14,718 nt of DNA from a virus (Duplodnaviria > Heunggongvirae > Uroviricota > Caudoviricetes), in the IMG/VR virus record IMGVR_UViG_2737471861_000012, positions 1-14,718 of that record. One strand, given 5' to 3'. Shown piece after piece: positions 7,673 to 14,436 of this stretch. Under the pieces are notes generated by a model. It was given only the letters and a program-made list of their open reading frames with translations. It was not told the origin of the DNA and ran no database searches. A program made the translations under genes and the position numbers. Positions within the stretch are counted from its first letter, which is position 1. Each line of letters starts with the position of its first letter.

Positions 7673-8035
7673 ATGCGTGATATTCAGATGGTTCTGGATC
7701 GTTGGGGTGCATGGGCGGCGAGTGATAGTTCTGGGGTAGACTATTCGCCTATAGCTGCTGGGTTTAAAGGGCTTCTTCCCTATACAAGCAAAACACGTCA
7801 GGCTTGTTCAGATAGTGATGCATTAATTATTGAAGGTTGTCTTGCTCGTCTAAAGCAAAAAAGACCTGAAGAACACTCGCTTCTTGTTGCCCATTACCTA
7901 TACGGTATCTCTAAAAGAAAGCTCGCTAAAGCTCGCAAAAAGGATGAGAAAATAATACGCATTGAGATACAGATGGCTGAGGGATTTATAGAAGGTTGTC
8001 TAGCTATTCTAAATGTTAGCTTAGATATGGATTAA
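7673..8035 (+). CDS. Q-like late-gene antiterminator (small Q family of the QuuD / phage 82 type)
   Basis: MRDIQMVLDRWGAWAA...AGFKGL...IIEGCLARLK...AEGFIEGCLAILNVSLDMD matches the small Q antiterminator pattern; GGAGAAAG RBS. The 3-prime two-thirds of the gene is AT-rich like the downstream cargo. Confidence 0.75.
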   Translation: MRDIQMVLDRWGAWAASDSSGVDYSPIAAGFKGLLPYTSKTRQACSDSDALIIEGCLARLKQKRPEEHSLLVAHYLYGISKRKLAKARKKDEKIIRIEIQMAEGFIEGCLAILNVSLDMD

Positions 8036-8078
8036 TATCTTGGTTTGGATAAGCAGGTGTGCTTGCACCTGCTTAATA

Positions 8079-8531
8079 TTATATGTGGGGTAATATCCAG
8101 TTTATTTTCCTCCAGGTACTTGCAAATGAAACTATTGATACGATCAGGGTCGAGAAACCATATAAGGTTAGGGCGAAATCAAGTCTTACAGAGGTAATGG
8201 TGATTTTTTCATTTATAAACATTGCTATCAGCGGGAAAATACATGCTAATATTAAGGTAACTCCCGTAGATAACAGGTTATGAATAATTTTAGGTAAAAT
8301 CTTGTTTTGTTTTAAAGCAAAAATAATTCCATCAGTACTTGAACTTGCAGAACTGAAGATGGAAATAGCGGCCAATACAAAACCAAACAAAATGCCTGCC
8401 ACCGTAGATAACACTCCGGCTGTACTTAAGATATCAGAGTGAGCCATAGGCGCTAGGTATTTCCCAAGCACCCAAGCTAACAGCCCACTGATAACTATGT
8501 TAATTAAAACTTTAATAAGCATAATCATCAT
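8079..8531 (-). CDS. Small integral membrane protein, four predicted TM helices; second gene of the AT-rich cassette (RexB-like architecture, hypothesis)
   Basis: 147-150 aa with four hydrophobic segments (IKVLINIVISGLLAWVLGKYL; ILSTAGVLSTVAGILFGFVLAAISIF; LSTGVTLILACIFPLIAMFI; LDFALTLYGFSTLIVSIVSFA). Likely start is the ATG at 8520-8522, preceded by AAGGA, 14 nt downstream of the partner gene. AT-rich codon usage unlike the flanking genes. Confidence 0.7.
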   Translation of the reverse strand: MMIMLIKVLINIVISGLLAWVLGKYLAPMAHSDILSTAGVLSTVAGILFGFVLAAISIFSSASSSTDGIIFALKQNKILPKIIHNLLSTGVTLILACIFPLIAMFINEKITITSVRLDFALTLYGFSTLIVSIVSFASTWRKINWILPHI

Positions 8532-8545
8532 CCTTAAAAATAAGA

Positions 8546-9478
8546 TCAGATTTCATATTGCTTTAAATACTGACCATGTTCAATTTTAGCACTGATCAAG
8601 GCAGTACGCACATCTGTTTCTTTTGCGTAGCCATCTTTTGTGTTAATGTTTTTTTCACTGATCAGAACTTGATTGAGAAGACTCCTTGAATGAGTATTTT
8701 TAGGTTCAGTGACATTAGCTTTACGTAATAAGTGAGGAACTTTTTCTATTAATTCCTTTATTCCACTTTTTACTTCATCACTGAGATAACCACGGATTAA
8801 TTTACGTTGCGATGCTCTACCTCTAAGTGATAGTTTTAAATGCGAACCGCCCATCCCAGCCATCATTTCAATCATACTTTTGGAAAATGAATTCGAAAGG
8901 TCATAATCCGTTGCGCTAAAATTACGTGGAGCGGCGAGTGTAATTTCACAGCTACGTAAAGTGCTTCCTGTTTCAAGTAGTTCTTTTACACTTTCTTTTT
9001 TCCAAATTGCCTCAAACGCTACAGGTTTGTTTTCTTCAGAAAAATTGAATAAAAGAAATGCTAAATCGGAAACTTTAGGTCCTAAATGATTTTGAGATAA
9101 AACAAGAATGTCTTTCTTATAGTAGTAAATAAAATAAGTACGTTCGACTATATATTTTTTATCATCTAACGGAATATTGTGCTCATCCCAATTTTCATCA
9201 CCAATATAAGGTAAGTGGAAACCATCACGAGAGCATGATAGATAACCAAAATAGAACTCCGCCTGTGCGTCTTTTTCTAAGAATACAATCTTTAATTTTT
9301 TCTTATCAAACTCAGCGGTATAAGAATTTTGCGAAGGTGTAACAATGGTTGTATACATGTTGTCAAATGCAAGTTGTGCATTTGATGTAGTTGACTTCGT
9401 TCCTGAGGAGCTTTGGAAGAAACCGATACGCATTTTTTTTTGTTTAGTTAGTGGCGCGGAAGTGGCTGTAGTAGTCAT
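8546..9478 (-). CDS. Hypothetical soluble ~310-aa protein; first gene of the AT-rich two-gene cassette (candidate abortive-infection / exclusion component, RexA-like by architecture only)
   Basis: Long minus-strand ORF with an AAGGG RBS-like sequence upstream; Lys/Tyr/Asn-rich and AT-rich; no nucleotidyltransferase, HEPN or TIR motif recognisable by eye. Opposite orientation to all flanking phage genes. Confidence 0.7.
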   Translation of the reverse strand: MTTTATSAPLTKQKKMRIGFFQSSSGTKSTTSNAQLAFDNMYTTIVTPSQNSYTAEFDKKKLKIVFLEKDAQAEFYFGYLSCSRDGFHLPYIGDENWDEHNIPLDDKKYIVERTYFIYYYKKDILVLSQNHLGPKVSDLAFLLFNFSEENKPVAFEAIWKKESVKELLETGSTLRSCEITLAAPRNFSATDYDLSNSFSKSMIEMMAGMGGSHLKLSLRGRASQRKLIRGYLSDEVKSGIKELIEKVPHLLRKANVTEPKNTHSRSLLNQVLISEKNINTKDGYAKETDVRTALISAKIEHGQYLKQYEI

Positions 9479-9778
9479 TAAAATTACCCTTTATTATCCT
9501 TTTGAATCAATGGGTTGTGATTTGTTAATGATCCTGGGTTCGTTGCATATGCATAATCTATCAAAAAAAACTTACGCGGTCCGCATTTTCTCGTTTACTG
9601 TGTTAAGAGTGGTTACTTCGCCACACAGCTTAAACCCGCCGTCGAGCGGTTTTTTTGTACCTGTAAACCTGGTGCAGTACAGTAAACACGCTGGTGGTCG
9701 TGAATACTGACTTTTTATCTTGCTGGCTTTTTAGACAAGAGTTATTGGTATGTCATGTTAACCAGAAGGGAAAAAGAC

Positions 9779-9982
9779 ATGCTAAAACAGCAAGATATGA
9801 CAGAAACCGCCGCCGCAGTCCTTCATTTCTTACCTGCTGACAAGTGGGTAACGCCACGCATGATGACGAGAACTACCGGAGTAAGCGAAGCCCGGTGCCA
9901 GTTAATACTGACTCAGTTAGTTCTGGCGGGTCTGGCGAAGGATAACGGCGGGTACGGGAATAAATTCAGACGCTGCCAGTAA
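9779..9982 (+). CDS. Small winged-helix-like protein (possible FaeA/PapI-like regulator), hypothetical
   Basis: About 67 aa from ATG 9779 (AAGGGA Shine-Dalgarno 7 nt upstream); LHFLPADKWVTPRMMTRTTGVSEARCQLILTQLVLAGLAKDNGGYG resembles small wHTH regulators. Divergent from the cassette. Confidence 0.4.
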   Translation: MLKQQDMTETAAAVLHFLPADKWVTPRMMTRTTGVSEARCQLILTQLVLAGLAKDNGGYGNKFRRCQ

Positions 9983-10132
9983 TGGCGGTTTCCTGCTGTG
10001 AAAATGGGCGGCTGGTGGGTGTTGGTAGCACCTGCCAGCCATTCGCTCATGCTTACTGGTCACAAGCGAACCACGGCCCACTGCTTTAGCGCAAAAGCAG
10101 AGTGAGCCTACCAGAGTTACGCTTACTGATCC

Positions 10133-11179
10133 ATGAAAAATACTGTAAAAATAAACAGTGTTGATTTAATCAACGCTGATTGCCTGCATTTTATTCAGTC
10201 CCTGCCTGATGATTCCATTGACCTGATTGTTACCGATCCGCCGTACTTCAAGGTGAAACCCAACGGCTGGGACAATCAGTGGAAAGGGGACGAAGATTAC
10301 CTTAAGTGGCTGGACCACTGTCTGGCCCAGTTCTGGCGGGTGTTAAAACCTGCCGGAAGCCTTTACCTGTTCTGTGGTCATCGCCTGGCATCTGATACCG
10401 AAATCATGATGCGTGAACGCTTTAATGTACTGAACCACATTATCTGGGCGAAGCCGTCCGGACGCTGGAACGGGTGCAACAAGGAAAGCCTGCGGGCGTA
10501 TTTCCCGGCAACAGAACGCATTCTGTTTGCCGAACATTATCAGGGGCCATATCAGCCAAAAAATGACGGCTATGCGGCAAAAGGGCGCGAGCTTAAGCAG
10601 CACGTAATGGCCCCGCTGATTGCTTACTTTCGTGATGCGCGTGAATCACTGGGGATAACGTCAAAACAGATAGCAGAAGCCACCGGAAAGAAAAACATGG
10701 CTTCGCACTGGTTTGGTACCAGTCAGTGGCAGTTACCGAATGAGGCCGATTACAGTAAACTGCAGGCGTTGTTTGCGCGTGTTGCGGCAGAAAAACACCA
10801 GCGCGGTGAACTGGAGCAGCCACACCACCAGCTGGTCAGCACATACAGCGAACTGAACCGGCAATATGCCAGCCTGCTGGAGGAATACAAATCACTGCGG
10901 CGTTATTTTTCCGTATCGGCTGTTGTTCCTTATACGGATGTCTGGACGCACAAGCCCGTGCAGTTTTATCCGGGTAAGCATCCCTGTGAAAAACCGGCGG
11001 ATATGTTGCGTCAGATAATTACTGCCAGCAGCCGTCCGGGCGATTTGGTCGCAGATTTTTTTATGGGGTCGGGGTCGACAATAAAAGCGGCACTGTCGCT
11101 GGGACGCAGGGCGATTGGCGTGGAACTGGAAGAGGAGCGTTTTAATCAGACGGTCAGAGAAATAACGAAAGATTTTTAA
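10133..11179 (+). CDS. Orphan DNA methyltransferase (beta-class N6-adenine or N4-cytosine)
   Basis: DPPY catalytic motif (LIVTDPPYF) is N-terminal and the FxGxG SAM-binding motif (FFMGSGST) is C-terminal; no adjacent restriction endonuclease gene. Confidence 0.85.
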   Translation: MKNTVKINSVDLINADCLHFIQSLPDDSIDLIVTDPPYFKVKPNGWDNQWKGDEDYLKWLDHCLAQFWRVLKPAGSLYLFCGHRLASDTEIMMRERFNVLNHIIWAKPSGRWNGCNKESLRAYFPATERILFAEHYQGPYQPKNDGYAAKGRELKQHVMAPLIAYFRDARESLGITSKQIAEATGKKNMASHWFGTSQWQLPNEADYSKLQALFARVAAEKHQRGELEQPHHQLVSTYSELNRQYASLLEEYKSLRRYFSVSAVVPYTDVWTHKPVQFYPGKHPCEKPADMLRQIITASSRPGDLVADFFMGSGSTIKAALSLGRRAIGVELEEERFNQTVREITKDF

Positions 11180-11396
11180 TTCAGTGATGATATAAGTTGT
11201 ATATTTCTGATACAGATGTATACACATATTTAAAACTGAACACCAAATATATTTTTGATGTCTGAAAAACTGTCGTTAGTATTCTGACTGGCCCGGAAGA
11301 CGGTTATTTTTGTGTTCACAGGGGCGTTACTATCGTCTGAAGGACCAGTGCTGGCTTTCCTGGTAATTCGTGTGAGTCCGGAAGCCAGTACAGTAT

Positions 11397-11473
11397 GCGG
11401 GTATCGTATAATGGCTATTACCTCAGCTTTCCAGGCTGATGATGTGGGTTCGATTCCCGCCACCCGCTCTCCA
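11397..11473 (+). tRNA. tRNA-Gly(UCC)-like gene
   Basis: Cloverleaf can be drawn: acceptor GCGGGTA/CACCCGC (one A-C mismatch at 7-66), D-arm GTAT-AATGGCTA-TTAC, anticodon stem TCAGC/GCTGA with loop TTTCCAG (anticodon TCC), T-arm GTGGG-TTCGATT-CCCGC. Very similar to my recollection of E. coli glyT, with a compensatory 6-67 base-pair change. 3-prime end reads TCTCCA rather than TCCA. Confidence 0.65.
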
Positions 11474-11604
11474 GTAAAACTGATGAGTTATAGCTTTATT
11501 ATCAGCACTGGCGAATTTTCGTGAAGAACAGACCTGGCAGGTGGATTTGTTGTTCTTCATTCTGTAGACCTGACCGCCTACAGTTTCAGTGCTTTTTTTT
11601 GTAG

Positions 11605-11629
11605 TCATCCCTGCATATTGCAGGGATGA
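11605..11629. promoter_or_regulatory. 25-bp perfect palindrome (candidate protein-binding site)
   Basis: TCATCCCTGCA-TAT-TGCAGGGATGA: 11-bp perfect arms around a 3-bp centre; a T8 run lies immediately 5-prime (11593-11600), so it does not fit an intrinsic terminator on either strand. Confidence 0.4.
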
Positions 11630-11754
11630 GGTGATACCAGAATGCGTCGTTGTCTGTTTCCGGGCCTACGATTTGCCAGTTTGCACAGCAGGCTGACGGC
11701 GCATTCTTATAACATCTATACAAGTAAACTCTGTTTCATCATTACATTGCGTTA

Positions 11755-11782
11755 GCCCGCCTTATGTGTGGGCATTTTTTTT
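11755..11782 (+). terminator. Intrinsic terminator (first of a tandem set upstream of the lysis genes)
   Basis: gcccgc-cttatgt-gtgggc stem-loop followed by T8. Confidence 0.6.
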
Positions 11783-11794
11783 ACCTATGCATAT

Positions 11795-11817
11795 GGCTCG
11801 CTGCGGCGGGCCTTTTT
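11795..11817 (+). terminator. Intrinsic terminator (second of the tandem set)
   Basis: ggctcgc-tgcg-gcgggcc (7-bp stem with one G-U pair, tetraloop) followed by TTTTT. Confidence 0.5.
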
Positions 11818-11905
11818 CATATCCGCGCCACGCCTGGCGCACATCACATCAGATAGCGCCACACAAAAGGTATCTGCGGGTGCCTTTGACGGGGTGTTTT
11901 TTTAC

Positions 11906-11927
11906 GGGCCGACAGAGGCCCTTTTTT
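11906..11927 (+). terminator. Intrinsic terminator immediately upstream of the holin RBS (tR-prime-like position)
   Basis: gggcc-gacaga-ggccc followed by T6; the AGGAGA RBS and holin ATG follow within 20 nt. Confidence 0.6.
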
Positions 11928-11945
11928 ATTTACAGGAGAAAAAGT

Positions 11946-12326
11946 ATGTCTGAACCCTTGTCCGGTTCCGGCACGGCTGCGGCGCTCGGCGGGGCGACGG
12001 TATTCGGGCTGTTTACCGGAACGGATTTCGGGATTGTGTTTGGTGCATTCGCAGGGGCGCTGTTTGTGGCCACGATACCACAGCAGATTTCTGTCTGGCG
12101 TGTGGCAGCGCATTTTCTGGTGTCGTTCATTGTTGGCGTGCTGGGGGCGGATGTGATGGCGTCTTACCTGGTTGAAAAACTGAATCTCCACAGCACATCT
12201 CTCGACGCGCTTTGCGCGGTACTGGTATCGGTGGTGTCGGTGAAGATTCTCTCATTCATCCACCAGCAGGATATCGCATCGCTGGTATCCGGGCTGTTCT
12301 CCCGTCTGCGGGGGGGGAGGCGGTAA
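11946..12326 (+). CDS. Putative holin (four hydrophobic segments, charged C-terminus)
   Basis: 126 aa from ATG 11946 (AGGAGA RBS); Gly/Ala-rich TM segments and C-terminal RLRGGRR; first gene of an operon ending in an endolysin. The track ORF from 11766 is an upstream extension. Confidence 0.55.
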   Translation: MSEPLSGSGTAAALGGATVFGLFTGTDFGIVFGAFAGALFVATIPQQISVWRVAAHFLVSFIVGVLGADVMASYLVEKLNLHSTSLDALCAVLVSVVSVKILSFIHQQDIASLVSGLFSRLRGGRR

Positions 12327-12604
12327 TGTTAAGTAACCTTCCCGGATTACTGAATGTGGTGTTAAGCACGGTTATCGTGCTGACGCTCTTTTTTTATCGT
12401 CGTGGTGAGTCGAGACATAAACCGCTGATGTCGTGGCTGGCCTGGCTGCTGATGCTGCTTTATGCCTTTGCGCCGCTTTGTTGTCTGTGTGGTCGCTTTC
12501 CACCCGGTAACTGGCTGGTCGTCCTGATTAACCTGGTGTTCTGCGTGCTGGTGATACGAGCACGCGGGAACGTATCAAAAATCCTTGTATTACGAAGGCG
12601 CTGA
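12326..12604 (+). CDS. Small membrane protein in the lysis cassette (possible second holin/antiholin component)
   Basis: 92 aa from ATG 12326 (TAATG overlap with the holin stop, GGGAGG upstream); hydrophobic segments VVLSTVIVLTLFFY, WLAWLLMLLYAFAPL, WLVVLINLVFCVLVI. Confidence 0.5.
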   Translation: MLSNLPGLLNVVLSTVIVLTLFFYRRGESRHKPLMSWLAWLLMLLYAFAPLCCLCGRFPPGNWLVVLINLVFCVLVIRARGNVSKILVLRRR

Positions 12605-12605
12605 T

Positions 12606-13151
12606 ATGAAGTCGAAAGATGAAATTTTTGACGAAATTCTGGGAAAAGAGGGCGGTTACGTCAATCCCCCGGATGATAAAGGTGGTCCGACTAAATGGGG
12701 CATCACTGAAAAAGTTGCCCGTGCACACGGTTATCAGGGCGATATGCGTGACCTGACGCGTGGGCAGGCGCTGGAAATACTCGAGGCGGACTACTGGTAC
12801 GGACCACGATTCGACCAGGTTGAGGACCTGTCTCCTGATATTGCCGCAGAGTTGTGCGATACGGGCGTGAACATGGGGCCAACTGTGGCGTCCAGAATGC
12901 TTCAGCGCTGGCTGAACGTTTTCAACCTGCGCGGGAAACTCTATCCGGATATGGATGCTGATGGACGCATCGGGCCGCGTACTCTTAATGCATTACGGGC
13001 ATATCTGAAAAATCGCAGCAGGGATGGTGAACTGGTACTGGTGAAAGCTCTGAACTGTACGCAGGGCGAGCGTTATCTGGAGCTGGCAGAGAAACGCGAG
13101 GCCAATGAGTCGTTTGTCTATGGCTGGATGAAAGAGCGCGTGGTGGTTTAA
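12606..13151 (+). CDS. Endolysin, glycoside hydrolase family 108-type N-terminal domain with C-terminal peptidoglycan-binding-like region
   Basis: ILGKEGGYVNPPDDKGGPTKWGIT matches the GH108 signature (EGGYxNxPxDxGGxTxxGIT); start ATG 12606 two nt after the upstream stop. Confidence 0.8.
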   Translation: MKSKDEIFDEILGKEGGYVNPPDDKGGPTKWGITEKVARAHGYQGDMRDLTRGQALEILEADYWYGPRFDQVEDLSPDIAAELCDTGVNMGPTVASRMLQRWLNVFNLRGKLYPDMDADGRIGPRTLNALRAYLKNRSRDGELVLVKALNCTQGERYLELAEKREANESFVYGWMKERVVV

Positions 13152-13244
13152 AAACTGACACTGAAGTGCCGAACACCCTCAACTCATGCAGGCTTTTTTC
13201 TGGGGCTACGATGAGCGAAAGTAAGGGGCATAGCATCAGATAGC

Positions 13245-13283
13245 AAAAACCCCGGCTGCGGTAACAGTCCGGGGTTTTCTGTT
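13245..13283 (+). terminator. Intrinsic terminator after the endolysin (A-tract / hairpin / T-tract, potentially bidirectional)
   Basis: aaaaa-ccccgg...ccgggg-ttttctgttt; GC stem 13250-13255 / 13269-13274 with an internal ctg/cag extension. Confidence 0.7.
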
Positions 13284-13311
13284 TCTGGCCCTGGGTAAGG
13301 CAAAGGAGAAC

Positions 13312-13494
13312 ATGAGGAAGTATAAACTAATTCTGTTGAGGTTGACTATGAAAAACGGCCTTGAATTGAAAGCGCCTGTAACTGATGACATCAGCAGAGC
13401 GGTGGCTTTTGCCATTAAGTGGGTGGCGGTTGGCATCGCCGTGTCTCCGATACTGTATGGGCTGGCAAAATTGATTGTTGCTCTGAAATCGTGA
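13312..13494 (+). CDS. Small hypothetical membrane protein (60 aa, C-terminal TM segment)
   Basis: AAGGAG Shine-Dalgarno 4-6 nt before ATG 13312; hydrophobic stretch WVAVGIAVSPILYGLAKLIVAL. Confidence 0.5.
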   Translation: MRKYKLILLRLTMKNGLELKAPVTDDISRAVAFAIKWVAVGIAVSPILYGLAKLIVALKS

Positions 13495-13502
13495 GTGGTG
13501 AT

Positions 13503-13685
13503 ATGACGCGAAAACACTGGACACACAGAACGCCGCGAACAGCGGCGAAATGGGCACTGGTAGCGATACTGGTGCCTTTTTTATTGGTGGGGTGCGTCAG
13601 CCTGGATAAGGCGCGCCAGCTTTTCGATACCGCGTCTCAGGTCTGTCAGCTTATTGATGGTGTTCGGCAGTGTATGCAGAACTGA
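13503..13685 (+). CDS. Small putative lipoprotein (60 aa; lipobox L-V-G-C)
   Basis: Signal-peptide-like N-terminus (basic n-region, hydrophobic WALVAILVPFLLVG, then Cys); mature part about 43 aa with three Cys. Starts 9 nt after the upstream ORF. Confidence 0.5.
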   Translation: MTRKHWTHRTPRTAAKWALVAILVPFLLVGCVSLDKARQLFDTASQVCQLIDGVRQCMQN

Positions 13686-13847
13686 TCGCCTGTAATAGCA
13701 GAATATTTTGCTGAAAAATGAAAGATGCGCCGGCGTCCGGAAAGCATGAAATTCTGCTGCGTGTGCCAATTTTATCTTATTCATTCTAAATCTTGCCGAA
13801 TCAAGCAACTGCCCGGGCGGCAAGGGGCATTTTTATCCGGAGGGGAT

Positions 13848-14072
13848 ATGAAGAGATTACTGGTAACCGTAAAGCCCTTTAACGGAACGATTCCATTCAG
13901 GGTTTTGCAGCGTGGACGTGTTCTGGTTAAGGATATCTTCAGTGGTAAATGCACGGAATGTTATTCCCGGACATATGAAGTGGATGCCACGGATGAAGAA
14001 ATTTCTGTTGAATGTGATCTTAACGCGAATATGGCGGAGATTGTAACAGCCACGTTGTTGCCTGTTTCATGA
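13848..14072 (+). CDS. Hypothetical protein (74 aa)
   Basis: GGAGG RBS 5 nt before ATG 13848; no family recognised. The track ORF from 13725 is an upstream extension. Confidence 0.45.
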   Translation: MKRLLVTVKPFNGTIPFRVLQRGRVLVKDIFSGKCTECYSRTYEVDATDEEISVECDLNANMAEIVTATLLPVS

Positions 14073-14393
14073 ATGACCCAGAATGTCTCTGGGTACCCAA
14101 AAGGAGAACACTATGTTTGTAGAAAATAACCTGAAGGCTGTTCCTGATAACCTGGCTGTCCGGTATTTGCCGGTATGAAATTACCGGAAGGCGCGGTCGT
14201 TACTGAGTAACAGCAGGCATTACAGCAGCCCTTCACACAGAGGGGCTGCGATAATGTGAGAAATAAAAAACCGGTCACAGGGAGCAGCTACACAGAACCG
14301 GCTGGCGAAGACCGCCAATACCACCCATGCATTGATGCAACATACTAATGACAATAGCCGCTATTGATGTAAATGCAATGTTATGCATCGACG

Positions 14394-14436
14394 AAAATAA
14401 AAAACCGGCAGGGGAAATCCATTGAAGATTTGCCGG
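14394..14436 (-). terminator. Candidate minus-strand intrinsic terminator (hairpin then T-run on the minus strand)
   Basis: ccggca (14405-14410) pairs with tgccgg (14431-14436); on the minus strand the hairpin is followed by TTTTTTATTTT (rc of 14394-14404). A similar AAATAAAAAACCGG-hairpin module is at 14261-14301. Confidence 0.4.

Noticed and set aside
7826-8015. Internal DNA-level repeat in Q (gaaggttgtct...gct...ctaaa at about 7832 and 7992) as evidence of gene disruption
   Set aside because: The protein keeps the full small-Q architecture including the C-terminal ...LDMD end; the repeat probably reflects a duplicated motif in this Q family rather than a rearrangement.
8036-8078. Hairpin aagcaggtg-tgcttg-cacctgctt (8051-8074) as a classical terminator
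   Set aside because: No T-run follows it on either strand; it may still act as a structural element at the convergent Q/cassette junction, but it is not reported as a terminator.
8546-9478. CBASS/Pycsar-type cyclase or Kiwa KwaB for the 310-aa cassette protein
   Set aside because: No GS...DxD nucleotidyltransferase motif is visible, and Kiwa has the membrane protein first (kwaA-kwaB), opposite to the order here; left as unassigned with RexAB-like architecture as the working hypothesis.
9345-9710. Plus-strand 121-aa ORF
   Set aside because: Overlaps the start of the minus-strand cassette gene and its AT-rich upstream region; a stop-free stretch expected by chance in AT-rich DNA.
10343-11227. 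Minus-strand ORFs inside the methyltransferase gene (10343-10603, 10593-10823, 10892-11227)
   Set aside because: Antisense to a CDS with clear catalytic motifs.
11230-11463. Minus-strand 77-aa ORF (MAGIEPTSSAW...)
   Set aside because: Its GIEPT segment is the reverse translation of the tRNA T-loop (GGTTCGATTCC); this artefact is typical of tRNA genes.
11766-11945. N-terminal 60 codons of the 186-aa ORF
   Set aside because: This stretch overlaps the tandem terminators and lacks an RBS; the holin is better started at ATG 11946 with the AGGAGA RBS.
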